IMG/VR virus record: IMGVR_UViG_3300027754_004232
Coordinates: 28,194 to 92,193 of that record
Length of the DNA stretch: 64,000 nt
Reading direction: 5' to 3' (one strand)
DNA from: a virus
The position numbers and the translations under genes are program-made. The notes beneath the pieces are model-generated. The model made no database searches. It was given only the letters and a program-made list of their open reading frames with translations, and was not told the origin of the DNA. This document shows positions 1 through 10,106 of this stretch, piece by piece (position 1 is the stretch's first letter; every line of letters begins with the position of its first letter).

Positions 1-2
1 CA

Positions 3-83
3 AGAAGAGAACAAAGTGTTTGTATTTCAGTTAGAGATAAAAGCGGTTTGTATTTAACAGACAATTTTGTTGTAACTCATAAT
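3..83 (+). mobile_element. C-terminal end of an intein (blocks F and G) in recA
   Basis: Translates as RREQSVCISVRDKSGLYLTDNFVVTHN followed by Thr, the canonical His-Asn|Thr splice junction. Confidence 0.9.
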
Positions 84-944
84 ACGCTTACATCACTATC
101 TTTTGCTGCCCAATGTCAAAAACCAGAGAATGGTTCTAGACATGTGTACTATCTAAACATTGAGGGTAGATTAAAGCCTATGAATCTAAGGGGCATAGCT
201 GGCTTAGATTTGAATAAGATGACAATCTATAGATCTACTCAAGATAAGATTCTTACAGCAAAGGACTACCTAAATCTGGCCTTTAAAGCTATCAATACAC
301 ACCCAGGAAGTTTGATCATTATAGATAGTGTTTCTGCTCTATGTGATGAGAAGGAGATGGATCAAGGTATTGGCTATGAGAATAGAGGGGCTGGCAATAA
401 GCTTTTTGCTGGATTTTGTAGGCAAGCAGCAAATATAGTGCCTGTTCAAAACTGTATGGTTTGGGCAATTATGCATTTAACACAATCTCAAGGTATGTAT
501 GGTGGTTATACAGAAAAGGGTTCTAGAACATTGCAATACCAAGCAGATGTTCAAATGAGAGTAAAGTCTGATAAGCCTTGGACTGTTGGTGGGGAAGGAA
601 AAGACAAGCAGATTGGCCAGCAAGTACATTGGCTAATTGAATCTTGTTCTTTGGGATCGCCAGGAATGGAAGTAGATAGTTATATAAGATATGGTATTGG
701 AATAGATAATACATACGAGGCAATCAACTTAGGTTGTCAGCTTGGACTTATAAACAAAGCTGGTGCTTGGATGACATTAGATTTTATGGAAAGACATTTA
801 AAGCTATTAAAGGCTGAAGCTTGGGATGATGCCACTATAAAATTAGTTAAAACTCAAGGGGCAGAAAAAATGTATAAATTATTGTTGGAAAATCCTAAGT
901 GGATTGCTGCATTAGAAAAAGAAATTAAGGCTATTATATCGTGA
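3..944 (+). CDS. recA: RecA/UvsX-like recombinase, 5'-truncated by the window edge, carrying an intein
   Basis: Frame open from base 3. After the intein end: TLTSLSFAAQCQ (helix after Walker A), YLNIE, Walker B LIIIDSVSAL, and TLQYQADVQMRV and YIRYGIGID, which resemble RecA motifs. Confidence 0.85.
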   Translation, partial: RREQSVCISVRDKSGLYLTDNFVVTHNTLTSLSFAAQCQKPENGSRHVYYLNIEGRLKPMNLRGIAGLDLNKMTIYRSTQDKILTAKDYLNLAFKAINTHPGSLIIIDSVSALCDEKEMDQGIGYENRGAGNKLFAGFCRQAANIVPVQNCMVWAIMHLTQSQGMYGGYTEKGSRTLQYQADVQMRVKSDKPWTVGGEGKDKQIGQQVHWLIESCSLGSPGMEVDSYIRYGIGIDNTYEAINLGCQLGLINKAGAWMTLDFMERHLKLLKAEAWDDATIKLVKTQGAEKMYKLLLENPKWIAALEKEIKAIIS

Positions 945-1339
945 AAGTAATAGGACTTGATGGTAAAACTTACTCTTGGACTTCTGGTAATGTTCCAGAT
1001 CATGATGATTCTAAACCTAGATCTTCATTGCATTTATTAGCTAGATCTATACTTAAAGCAATGTATCCAATGGACAGAATCTTAGAAGAAGCAACTTTGC
1101 CGGGTTCTGGAGGTTTAGCAGCAGATTTTTGGTTGCCATTGAGAAAAACAATAATTGAAGTTCATGGAGAACAACACTACAAATTTATACCGTTTTTTCA
1201 TAATACGATGTTAAACTTTTATCATTCCAAAAAAAATGATAAGAATAAAATAGAGTGGTGTGAAAAAAATAACATTTACCTTATAGAGTTACCATTCAAT
1301 GAATCAGAACAACAATGGCGAAAAAGAATTGAAGGTTAG
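941..1339 (+). CDS. Vsr/DUF559-like PD-(D/E)xK endonuclease
   Basis: LEE..LP...LAADFWLP...IIEVHGEQHY motif and the KIEWCEKNNIYLIEL tail typical of this fold. Confidence 0.7.
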   Translation: MKVIGLDGKTYSWTSGNVPDHDDSKPRSSLHLLARSILKAMYPMDRILEEATLPGSGGLAADFWLPLRKTIIEVHGEQHYKFIPFFHNTMLNFYHSKKNDKNKIEWCEKNNIYLIELPFNESEQQWRKRIEG

Positions 1340-1811
1340 TGAAGAGGAAAAATTTGATTCTCTTTTAGATAGCTATGAAAATTCAATAGGGTTATCCTCA
1401 ATCCCTAAAGATTTAGAATTTACTTGTATAAAATACTTATATCTTTCTCAAGAAGAATTAAAAAAAATGTCTTCTGAAGATTGTGCAGAAGCGTGTGTTC
1501 TATTAAATAGTTTTTCTTTTCACTTATCTAGAGTGCTTAACAGAGAAAAAGCAAAATTAAGATGGTGCAACGAGAAGATTCTAAAGGCTATTTCTTCTAA
1601 GCTTACAGACTATAGATACTTTTCTCCAGATGAAAGAATGGCATTATCAGTCAAAGATGATGACTATGCACAAAAAGTAAAAATGCTTGCAGTAAAGATA
1701 CAAGCAAGGATAGACAGGACAGAATATTTACCTATAAGAGTAGAGAAGGTTTCTGATACATTTTCTAATCTTTCTTATAACAAAAGGAAAAACAATGAGC
1801 GTAATATCTAA
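1329..1811 (+). CDS. Hypothetical helical protein (possible recombination accessory factor)
   Basis: ORF track 1299..1811, probable TTG start at 1329. Overlaps both neighbours and looks coiled-coil. The function is a guess from context. Confidence 0.45.
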   Translation: MKVSEEEKFDSLLDSYENSIGLSSIPKDLEFTCIKYLYLSQEELKKMSSEDCAEACVLLNSFSFHLSRVLNREKAKLRWCNEKILKAISSKLTDYRYFSPDERMALSVKDDDYAQKVKMLAVKIQARIDRTEYLPIRVEKVSDTFSNLSYNKRKNNERNI

Positions 1812-2280
1812 GTTAAAAGAAGCAATACTTAAAAATGATTGGGTATTAGTGGATGAGGTATTGCAAGATTTGGCTGGTGTTGTAGCACTTAACAATAAAA
1901 AAGAAAAAGTAGTTGAAGAAAAAAAACAGGTTCTTGTTGAAACAATTAAAAATGACGATATTGAATTGAATAAATTCATGGTGAATACGAATAATACTAC
2001 AGCAAAGACAAAAGAATCAGTTGCTAGGCCAGTATTTCAAAACAAATTTGTAGACGATCAAACTTTAGAGTGTTCTTTTATTGAAGAGCAATCTAAAGAG
2101 TTACAACCTAAGAAATACAGAAGGCCAGTAGATGAATCTTCTGGATTTCAAAGCGTTAATTGTACAAAATGTTCCAATTCTATGGAAATAACTTCAGAGG
2201 AATATGCTTTTAAATCTAGAGATAGTGAATCTTCTGGATTTATATGTGTTCCTTGCATGAAGAAAGCGGTGAGAAGATGA
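1795..2280 (+). CDS. Hypothetical protein with C-terminal Zn ribbon
   Basis: CTKC...CVPC pair. Its stop overlaps the dnaB start (ATGA). Confidence 0.6.
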   Translation: MSVISKLKEAILKNDWVLVDEVLQDLAGVVALNNKKEKVVEEKKQVLVETIKNDDIELNKFMVNTNNTTAKTKESVARPVFQNKFVDDQTLECSFIEEQSKELQPKKYRRPVDESSGFQSVNCTKCSNSMEITSEEYAFKSRDSESSGFICVPCMKKAVRR

Positions 2281-3737
2281 TAGATGTTGGTGCAGAAAGG
2301 GTAGTCTTAGCTGGACTTTTTCAGAAAGGCTATGACTGTTTTATTGAAGTTGCAGATATTATCGATGAAAACTGTTTTTCTAGTGATGACAATGCTGCTA
2401 TATTTAAATGTTTTTCAAAAATTATTACTGATAAGAGTTCAAGAGTAGATATACCAACAGTTATTTCTACTGCCGAATCTTTAAACCTGTCACAGTTTTT
2501 TAAGACATCAGAACAAGCAAAGTATTTAAGATCGCTAACTAGTTTTCCAGTTGAGTTAGTTAATGCTAGAAAAAGTGCAGCAAAACTTAAGAAATTGAGC
2601 ATTGCAAAAAACCTATCTTTAAATCTAATCAATGGTGCAAACACACTTGAAAATATTACTGGTGATGAGCCTATAAGCCATATAATTTCTATTGCAGAAT
2701 CATGTGTTTTAGATGCAACATTTAAGATTTCAAATTCTGAAGATCCTAACCCAAAACTAATGAGCGATGGTATAGAAGAATATGTTGAGTATTTAGAGTC
2801 AAATCCAATTTCGCAATTGGGTATTTCCTCTGGATTCAAAGCATATGATATGGCTATTGGGGGTGGGTTTAGGCCAGGAACAGTCAATCTAATCGGTGCT
2901 AGAATGAAAACTGGCAAAAGCTTTTTTGCTGACAATGTAGGTATTAGCGTATCATCAAATAACATTCCAGTCTTAATGCTTGATACAGAAATGACAGAGA
3001 AAGATCATTGGCATAGAATATTAGCTTGTATATCTGGAGTCAAAATAGAAGAAATTGAAAGCGGATTGTTTTCAAAAGATACTTCAAAAAGAAACAACAT
3101 TAAAAAGGCTATTGAAAAAATCAAATTGATGCCATTTCAATACAAATCTATTGCAGGAAAAAGCTTTGATGAAGTTATAAGTATGGCTAGAAGATGGGTG
3201 ATTAAAGATGTTGGACTTGATGATTCTGGAAAAGCAAACCCATGTTTAATCATATATGACTATATAAAGTTGATGGATGATTCTGCTATTGGTAAAAATA
3301 TGGCAGAATATCAAGCACTTGGCTTTTTAATGACAAACCTACATAACTTCATGGTTCAATATAATGCTTCATGTTTAGCGTTTACTCAGCTAAATAGGGA
3401 TGGGATCAATCGTGAAGATACTGATGTAGCATCTGGTTCTGATAGAATACTTTGGCTTTGTTCAAACTTTTCAATCTACAAAAGGAAAAGTGAAGAGGAA
3501 ATGGCAGATGAAGGATTTTCACAAGACAAGATTAGATATAACTTGAAATTAGTTCCTGTTGTTGCAAGACATGGCAAAGGAATGGATCAGGGGGATTATA
3601 TAAATATAATTGCTAATTATGAATTTGGAAAAATAGAAGAAGGTCCAACTAGAAGTCAAATTTTTAAATCTCAGTCTACAAGGCAGAATAGTGGTTTTGT
3701 AGTGGAAGGATTACCAGATGAAATCGAAGTCAACTGA
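2277..3737 (+). CDS. dnaB: Replicative DnaB-family helicase
   Basis: N-terminal AERVVLAGL, Walker A GARMKTGKS, DTEM, IYDYIKLM, TQLNR, and ARHG arginine-finger region. Confidence 0.92.
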   Translation: MIDVGAERVVLAGLFQKGYDCFIEVADIIDENCFSSDDNAAIFKCFSKIITDKSSRVDIPTVISTAESLNLSQFFKTSEQAKYLRSLTSFPVELVNARKSAAKLKKLSIAKNLSLNLINGANTLENITGDEPISHIISIAESCVLDATFKISNSEDPNPKLMSDGIEEYVEYLESNPISQLGISSGFKAYDMAIGGGFRPGTVNLIGARMKTGKSFFADNVGISVSSNNIPVLMLDTEMTEKDHWHRILACISGVKIEEIESGLFSKDTSKRNNIKKAIEKIKLMPFQYKSIAGKSFDEVISMARRWVIKDVGLDDSGKANPCLIIYDYIKLMDDSAIGKNMAEYQALGFLMTNLHNFMVQYNASCLAFTQLNRDGINREDTDVASGSDRILWLCSNFSIYKRKSEEEMADEGFSQDKIRYNLKLVPVVARHGKGMDQGDYINIIANYEFGKIEEGPTRSQIFKSQSTRQNSGFVVEGLPDEIEVN

Positions 3738-4845
3738 ACTAAGTAAGAATGAATATTTAAATGCTGTAATATGCGAAAGAATAGAATTTCTTATGGATTA
3801 TTTTAATATTCAATATAAAACAGTTTCAGATTCAATAATTTGTGCTTGTCCAGTTCATGGTGGAGACAATAGAACAGCAGTAAATCTTTTTATGTCTGGA
3901 CACACAAGAGTTGGCAATTGGGTTTGTTATACACATCATTGCGAAAATACATTTATAAATACATCTATAGGATTTTTTCGTGGAGTAATGAGTAATAAAA
4001 AATATGGTTGGTCAAAAATTGGAGATAAAACAGTTAGTTTTTCAGATACAATTGCTTCTCTTTGCGGATTATTAAAATTGGATCTTTCTGACATAAAAGA
4101 TACTGTTAGTTCTCATGCTTTTGATAAACACGCACATTTATTTACTCCTTCTAAAAAAGGGAAAGAATTCTTATACACTAAAAAAGTTGTAAGAGAAAGA
4201 CTTGATATACCATCAAAATACTTTGTATCTAGAGGCTATTCTGCACATATATTAGATATGTATGACATTGGGGAATCAAAATCAGACAATAGATTCTTTA
4301 GGAAAAGAGCAGTAGTTCCAGTATATGATTCAGACAATAAAACAATTGTAGGTTTTACTGGAAGAACAATACTTGATAAATGCATTAAATGTAATGACTA
4401 TCATGAAAATGAAAGCTGTGATCCACAAAATGTTATTAGTAAATGGATTCACAATAAAGGATTCTCAAAAAAGAACTACCTTTATAATTTTGGCAATGCT
4501 AAAGATGAGATTAAAAAAACTGGAATAGTTATATTGGTCGAAGGTCCAGCAGATGTGTGGAAATTTGTCGAGAACGGAATACATAATGTTGTTGCTGTTT
4601 TTGGATCTTCGCTTACAGATACACAACAAGTTTTACTTGAATCATCTGGTGCTACTACATTAATATTGCTTTTTGACTCAGATAAAGCTGGCAATAATGC
4701 TTCTAATAAATTAAATTCATCTCTTTCCAGAATGTTTAAAATAATAATTCCATCTTTGCCAGATGGGATTAAAGACCCAGGCGATCTTAGCAGCGAGCAA
4801 ATAAATATGATAATTAAACCCTTGATTGAAAAGAACTCGTATTAA
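3718..4845 (+). CDS. dnaG: DNA primase (Zn finger plus TOPRIM)
   Basis: CPVH...C..C zinc finger, GFTGR, TOPRIM VEGPADV and FDSDKAG, KDPGD. Confidence 0.9.
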   Translation: MKSKSTELSKNEYLNAVICERIEFLMDYFNIQYKTVSDSIICACPVHGGDNRTAVNLFMSGHTRVGNWVCYTHHCENTFINTSIGFFRGVMSNKKYGWSKIGDKTVSFSDTIASLCGLLKLDLSDIKDTVSSHAFDKHAHLFTPSKKGKEFLYTKKVVRERLDIPSKYFVSRGYSAHILDMYDIGESKSDNRFFRKRAVVPVYDSDNKTIVGFTGRTILDKCIKCNDYHENESCDPQNVISKWIHNKGFSKKNYLYNFGNAKDEIKKTGIVILVEGPADVWKFVENGIHNVVAVFGSSLTDTQQVLLESSGATTLILLFDSDKAGNNASNKLNSSLSRMFKIIIPSLPDGIKDPGDLSSEQINMIIKPLIEKNSY

Positions 4846-5498
4846 TGACAATTCAAAGACTAATAGGTTTTTCTGGAAGAAAAGGTTCTGGTAAGGATAC
4901 CTTGGCTGGATTTCTTTCATTTAATTCCGTTGATCTTTTTGGTTGTAATTCATGCATATTTTCTTTTGCTCAAACAATGAAATCATTAGCAATTAACTTT
5001 TTTGGATTAAAGCACAAACAGGTCTTCGGATCTTTAGAAGACAAAAACTCACTTACAAGTTATTTATGGGAAGACTTGCCTCATTATAGTGAAATAAAAT
5101 CTAGTCGTTTAAATCCACCAATAGGACAAATGACAGCTAGAGAATTTCTACAAGAGTTTGGAACTGGAATAGCCAGAAAAATGAATAAATCAATACATAT
5201 TAACGCTTGTTTTAATATGATAAGCAAAGAAAACTGCCCATTAAATTTTATTACTGATGCAAGGTTTGAAAATGAAATTGATAGCATTAAAGATGCTGGT
5301 GGCATAGTTATTAGGCTAACAAGAAGCACAGATAATGATAGCCACATAAGTGAAAACGAAATAGATAAATGTGCAAGCAAATTTGACATTATTTTAAATA
5401 ATGAAAATATGTCTAAAGAAGAACAGCAATTTGAACTTATCAGAAAACTAAAACAAATAAACTGGATTAAAAATGATCATAACTTATCTAAGGTCTAG
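4845..5498 (+). CDS. Deoxynucleoside monophosphate kinase (T4 gp1-like)
   Basis: GRKGSGKDT P-loop, FA..MK, TAREFLQEFGT, ITDARFENE, HISE. Confidence 0.88.
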   Translation: MTIQRLIGFSGRKGSGKDTLAGFLSFNSVDLFGCNSCIFSFAQTMKSLAINFFGLKHKQVFGSLEDKNSLTSYLWEDLPHYSEIKSSRLNPPIGQMTAREFLQEFGTGIARKMNKSIHINACFNMISKENCPLNFITDARFENEIDSIKDAGGIVIRLTRSTDNDSHISENEIDKCASKFDIILNNENMSKEEQQFELIRKLKQINWIKNDHNLSKV

Positions 5499-6504
5499 TT
5501 CTGTAAGTTCTTACGCATGGTGTCAACATAAGTACTGGCTAACTTACAACTTAGGCTTTCAAGATGATTCCAATAAAAAAGCGGAAAAGGGCAATGTTGT
5601 TCATAAAGCATTAGAATTGTTGGCAAATAAAAAGCTTTGCCTACAAAACGAAACATCTACATTTACAGATAGTGAATTAAAAGAAACTTTTTCCACAATA
5701 GATATTTCTCCAGAAAGTGCCATACTGTCTGCTTTTAATCATTATAAAAACAAAAGCATTCATGAGTGGGATGATAAGGATCTAAAGGAATGCTCTAAAT
5801 GGACTTGGGATACACTATTATTTAACAATGGTATGTTTTCACCTTTATCTAGAAAGATTGAGCAACCAGAGCAGTATTTTGATATAGAGATTGAAGAACC
5901 TTGGGCTAAATACGAATACTATTTAGATGATGGTACTGTTATGTCTGGAAATCTTAGAATTAAAGGAACAATGGACTTAATAACTAGAGTAGACAAAAAA
6001 ACAATAGAGTACATAGACTGGAAAACAGGAGAAAGAAAAAACTGGGCAACTGGAAAGGAAAAAAACTATGATGACTTTTATAAAGACTTTCAATTAAGAC
6101 TTTATCATTACGCATTAAACAAACTTTATCCAGATGAAGAAAATATAATTATTACTATTTTTTTTAATAAAGCTGGTGGTCCTTTTACATTGTGTTTTCA
6201 TAAAGAAGATATAAAAACAACAATTGAAATGATTAGGTATGAATTTGAAAAAATAAAGTCTTGTCATTTTCCATCGAGAATTATAGATTATGGTAAAGAT
6301 AGATGGAAATGTGAGAAGCTTTGTAGGTTTCATAAAGAAAAATATGAAGATACAGATATTTCTGTCTGTGACTTTATGAATAAAGAACTTATACAATTGG
6401 GCATGAATGTTGCGTATACTAAATATGCCAATAAAAAAACAGTTGTTTCTTATGGCGATGGTGGTGGTCAATCTAACAGGGAGAATAATGATGTCAAAAA
6501 GTAA
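5473..6504 (+). CDS. Cas4/RecB-like PD-(D/E)xK exonuclease
   Basis: SS..Y..C, GNVVHKALE, KGTMDLI, IDWKTG, QLRLY, and C-terminal C...C...C cysteines. Confidence 0.85.
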   Translation: MIITYLRSSSVSSYAWCQHKYWLTYNLGFQDDSNKKAEKGNVVHKALELLANKKLCLQNETSTFTDSELKETFSTIDISPESAILSAFNHYKNKSIHEWDDKDLKECSKWTWDTLLFNNGMFSPLSRKIEQPEQYFDIEIEEPWAKYEYYLDDGTVMSGNLRIKGTMDLITRVDKKTIEYIDWKTGERKNWATGKEKNYDDFYKDFQLRLYHYALNKLYPDEENIIITIFFNKAGGPFTLCFHKEDIKTTIEMIRYEFEKIKSCHFPSRIIDYGKDRWKCEKLCRFHKEKYEDTDISVCDFMNKELIQLGMNVAYTKYANKKTVVSYGDGGGQSNRENNDVKK

Positions 6505-7255
6505 AAAGTGGATAGAAGCTATTTTTGAAAAATCAAAACAGACAACGACTTCTACAACATTTAGTCCAGAAAATTCTCCTACAGACCAAGATTATCCAAA
6601 TTATAATGAGGAAGGGGAATTAATTGTTTCAAAAGAACCAGAGTATCTTCCAAAGTACAATGGTGAGAAAGTTTTGGTCTTTAGAAAAGAATTGTTAACT
6701 GAAGACTTATCGTTTCAAGGAATGCTAACTGGAGAAAAAGCTTCTAGCATTAAAAATAAGATCCTTGCTCCAGAAAATTTATTTTATATAGACAGAGATA
6801 TTGCAGAAAATAACCAGAATTATAAACAAGTAATTCCTTATTGTATTTTTACAAAAAATGATCAATTGTTTATGTATCAAAGATCAAAGCATGGTTCTGA
6901 AAATAGGCTTCATGATCTATGGTCTGTTGGCGTTGGTGGACATGTTAATCCTTGCGATGGGAACAACATTGAAACAATAGGCAATGCTTGCAAAAGAGAA
7001 ATAGAAGAAGAAGTTCAGTTTTCAGATCCTCATTCTGTAAGATTGGTTGGTGTTATAAATGACGATTCGTCTACAGTTAATGCTGTTCATTTTGGTGTTG
7101 TTTTTCATGTTCATTTAAAAGATGGAACTTCGCTTAATCCAATTGATAAAGCTCTTGCAAATGGCGAATTTAGACACACAAAAACAACAGTAATATCAGA
7201 TATAAACTGGGAAGATTGGTCAGTGCATGTAATTAGGAACTACTTAAGAAATTAA
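6488..7255 (+). CDS. NUDIX-family phosphoesterase
   Basis: KQVIPY, E.RLH...SVGVGGHVN, REIEEE Nudix box, VHFGVV. Confidence 0.85.
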   Translation: MMSKSKKWIEAIFEKSKQTTTSTTFSPENSPTDQDYPNYNEEGELIVSKEPEYLPKYNGEKVLVFRKELLTEDLSFQGMLTGEKASSIKNKILAPENLFYIDRDIAENNQNYKQVIPYCIFTKNDQLFMYQRSKHGSENRLHDLWSVGVGGHVNPCDGNNIETIGNACKREIEEEVQFSDPHSVRLVGVINDDSSTVNAVHFGVVFHVHLKDGTSLNPIDKALANGEFRHTKTTVISDINWEDWSVHVIRNYLRN

Positions 7256-7277
7256 TTAATTGAAAAAAATTTAAGGA

Positions 7278-9200
7278 TTGAACATGAATTGGATACCATT
7301 GCATTGTCATACTCATTATAGTTTATTGGATGGATTAAGTAAGCCAGATCTTTTAGCAAAAAGATGCAAAGAGCTTGGATATACTTCATGTGCTATAACT
7401 GATCATGGAACTATATCTGGTGCTATTTCTTTTTCTAAAGCTTGTATTTCACAAGGTATAAAGCCAATTATTGGTTGTGAATTTTATATTTGTAAAAAAC
7501 CAGCGATAGAACAAAATAAAGAAAACTCAAGTTTGACCCATCTATGCGTTATTGCTAAGAATTTAAATGGATGGAAAAACTTAATTAATCTATCTTCTTT
7601 AGCCAATTCTTTAGATTATTTTTATTATAAACCAAGATTAAACTTAAATGACTTTAAAGGAGTTTGCGGTGATCTAATTGCTTTCTCTGGTCACCCAGGA
7701 ACCGATTTGGCAAACTGCTTATTTGAGGATTATAAAGAAGCATACAAAAGAACCGATTATGATGAAATAAAAGAAATGCTTAAGCCTAATTGGTTGAATG
7801 AAGCTGGAAACATTTGTTCGGAGTATACAGACATATTTGGGGCAGACAATTTTTTTGTAGAAATACAATTGTTTGATAGTTCTAATTTAGTTGCATCAAA
7901 AGTTATTGCGGAATGCTTGAGAGAACTTTGTGCTAAAACTGGAATTAAAAAAATAGCAACTCCAGATGTTCATTATGTTATGCCAGAAGATGCCCCTGAT
8001 CAAAGGGTTTTGTTGTGTTCTTCAATGGAAACAACTTTAAAAAATGTAAATAGCAAATTAGAAAATAACGAAGAATTTGGACTTTCCGTATTCTTTAAAT
8101 CAAATAGATACTATCTTCCAACAATTGAAGAGATATCTAGCTTTCATGAAGAAGATGAAATAAGTAATTGCTGTTTAATTGATAGTTTATGTGAAAGTTA
8201 TTCACTTATAAAACAACCAGCCATACCAAACTTTGCTTGTCCAGATGGGCTTTCTCAGATCCTTTATTTGAGGAAGTTATGCAGAGATGGGTGGAATAGG
8301 CGTTTTTCTGAAATAAAGCCAAAAACAGATGAATACAAGGAATATACAGAGAGAATAAAGCATGAGCTTGAAGTTATAGATACTTCGGGTTTAGCTGGAT
8401 ACTTTTTAATTGTGCAGGACTATTGCAATTGGGCAAAGTCTAAGGGTTGGATTATGGGTAGAGGTAGGGGTTCTGGTGCTGGATGCATGATATCCTACCT
8501 TTTAGGAATAACAGAAGTAGATCCAATTAAACATTCTCTTATATTTGAAAGATTTTATAATGCAGGAAGAAACTCTGCTGGTCGTATAAGTTTGCCAGAT
8601 ATTGACTGTGACTTTCCAATTACAAAGCGTGATAAGGTAATAGAATATATAAAGCAAAAGTATGGAAGTACCAATGTTTGTCAAATGATAACATTTAGTC
8701 GTATGCAGGGTCGTGGATCACTCAAAGATGTTCTTAGAGTTCACGGCTTTTCTTTTGAGGAAAGCAACAATGTAACAAAATATATTCCAGATGAATCAGA
8801 GATATCTGAACAGCTACAAGATATGAAAGATGAAGATGGAGATTCTTCAATAATAAGGTGGGCGTTAGAGAATATTCCTGATAGATTATCTGAGTATTGC
8901 AAGATTGAAAAGGATGGAACTTACTCTGGAAGATTAGCAAAGGAATTTGCACAAGCAATAAGATTAGAAGGAACAAAAAGGAGTCAAGGTAAACATGCTG
9001 CTGGTATAGTTATTAGCAATATTCCATTATCAGAAGTATGCCCAATGACATTTGATAAAAAAACAAAACAAATGATAGCTGGTCTGGAAATGTCAGATTT
9101 AGAATCAATTGGTATGGTTAAGTTTGACATACTTGGAGTTGCAGTTTTAGATAAGATAATGGGTTGTATAAATATTTTAAAGGGGAAACCAAATGAATGA
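7278..9200 (+). CDS. dnaE: DNA polymerase III alpha (DnaE), N-terminal part: PHP, palm and thumb
   Basis: LHCHTHYSLLDG, AITDHG, GRGRGSGAG, FERFYN, PDIDCDF, GKHAAG. Ends shortly after VKFDILG. Confidence 0.93.
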   Translation: MNMNWIPLHCHTHYSLLDGLSKPDLLAKRCKELGYTSCAITDHGTISGAISFSKACISQGIKPIIGCEFYICKKPAIEQNKENSSLTHLCVIAKNLNGWKNLINLSSLANSLDYFYYKPRLNLNDFKGVCGDLIAFSGHPGTDLANCLFEDYKEAYKRTDYDEIKEMLKPNWLNEAGNICSEYTDIFGADNFFVEIQLFDSSNLVASKVIAECLRELCAKTGIKKIATPDVHYVMPEDAPDQRVLLCSSMETTLKNVNSKLENNEEFGLSVFFKSNRYYLPTIEEISSFHEEDEISNCCLIDSLCESYSLIKQPAIPNFACPDGLSQILYLRKLCRDGWNRRFSEIKPKTDEYKEYTERIKHELEVIDTSGLAGYFLIVQDYCNWAKSKGWIMGRGRGSGAGCMISYLLGITEVDPIKHSLIFERFYNAGRNSAGRISLPDIDCDFPITKRDKVIEYIKQKYGSTNVCQMITFSRMQGRGSLKDVLRVHGFSFEESNNVTKYIPDESEISEQLQDMKDEDGDSSIIRWALENIPDRLSEYCKIEKDGTYSGRLAKEFAQAIRLEGTKRSQGKHAAGIVISNIPLSEVCPMTFDKKTKQMIAGLEMSDLESIGMVKFDILGVAVLDKIMGCINILKGKPNE

Positions 9201-9474
9201 CAACTCTCTTGAAATATCTATAATAAGCAAATTAGTAGTTCAGCAAACAGCCTTGTTGGATGCTTTATCTGATTGTTCTTCTTTAAAGAAAGACCTTGTT
9301 AAACAGGCTAATAAACTATTAAAAGCGATAACAATTCAAAATGGAGGAATATTATTTATAGATAAGGATTTTTTAGATTCAGCAGAAGATGCGGAAGTTG
9401 AACTTAAAATACAGCAAAATGATGATGGATCAATAGAACTAACTATTAAAGGAGAAGAAGACGATGAAGAGTAA
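9193..9474 (+). CDS. Small acidic hypothetical protein
   Basis: 93-aa ORF overlapping both neighbours, acidic C-terminus. Confidence 0.6.
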   Translation: MNDNSLEISIISKLVVQQTALLDALSDCSSLKKDLVKQANKLLKAITIQNGGILFIDKDFLDSAEDAEVELKIQQNDDGSIELTIKGEEDDEE

Positions 9475-10102
9475 TACGATTATTGTTTTTGATTTTGAAA
9501 CAGGATCTTTAGATACAAATACTTGTGAAGTTATTCAAATTGCTGCAAAGGCAATAAATAGGAAAACTCTTCAACCAATAGAAGGTGCGGTATTTAATAG
9601 TCTTGTAAAACCTAGAGACTTTAATAACTTACAAGAAGCAGCACTAGCAGTAAACAAAAAGACAAGAGAAGAACTTCAGCTTGCACCTAATCTTGATGTT
9701 GTTTGGAGTAGATTTATTGATTTTATATCTACTTTTGCAGTTGGTAAAAGTAATATATTAGCCCCTGTTCCAGCAGGAAAAAACATTAGATTTTTTGATA
9801 TGCCGATTTTTCAAAGAGTCTGTATTGAATTAGGATATGTTCAGCCAAATGCCACACAATCTTTCTTTAATAAAAGAAGCATGTTTGATCTAGATGAAAT
9901 GATGCTGCTTTGGTTTGAAAATTCAGATGATATGCCTAATATGAAAATGGATACCATTAGAGATCATTTTGGAATGTCAAAGGCTAATGCTCATGATGCA
10001 CTAGTTGATGTTGAGCAAACAGCAGACTTAATCACATACTTCTTAAAACTACATAGATCAATATACCCAAAAGTTAAATTTAAAGACTCATTTAAGAAAT
10101 AA
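9464..10102 (+). CDS. DEDDh 3'-5' exonuclease (DnaQ/epsilon-like)
   Basis: ExoI VFDFETG, ExoII NIRFFD, ExoIII AHDALVD. Confidence 0.88.
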   Translation: MKSNTIIVFDFETGSLDTNTCEVIQIAAKAINRKTLQPIEGAVFNSLVKPRDFNNLQEAALAVNKKTREELQLAPNLDVVWSRFIDFISTFAVGKSNILAPVPAGKNIRFFDMPIFQRVCIELGYVQPNATQSFFNKRSMFDLDEMMLLWFENSDDMPNMKMDTIRDHFGMSKANAHDALVDVEQTADLITYFLKLHRSIYPKVKFKDSFKK

Positions 10103-10106
10103 TAAT

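Noticed and set aside
5473-6504. Cas4-like gene as evidence of a CRISPR-Cas system
   Set aside because: No other cas genes or array are present, and solo Cas4-like nucleases are common in phage replication modules.
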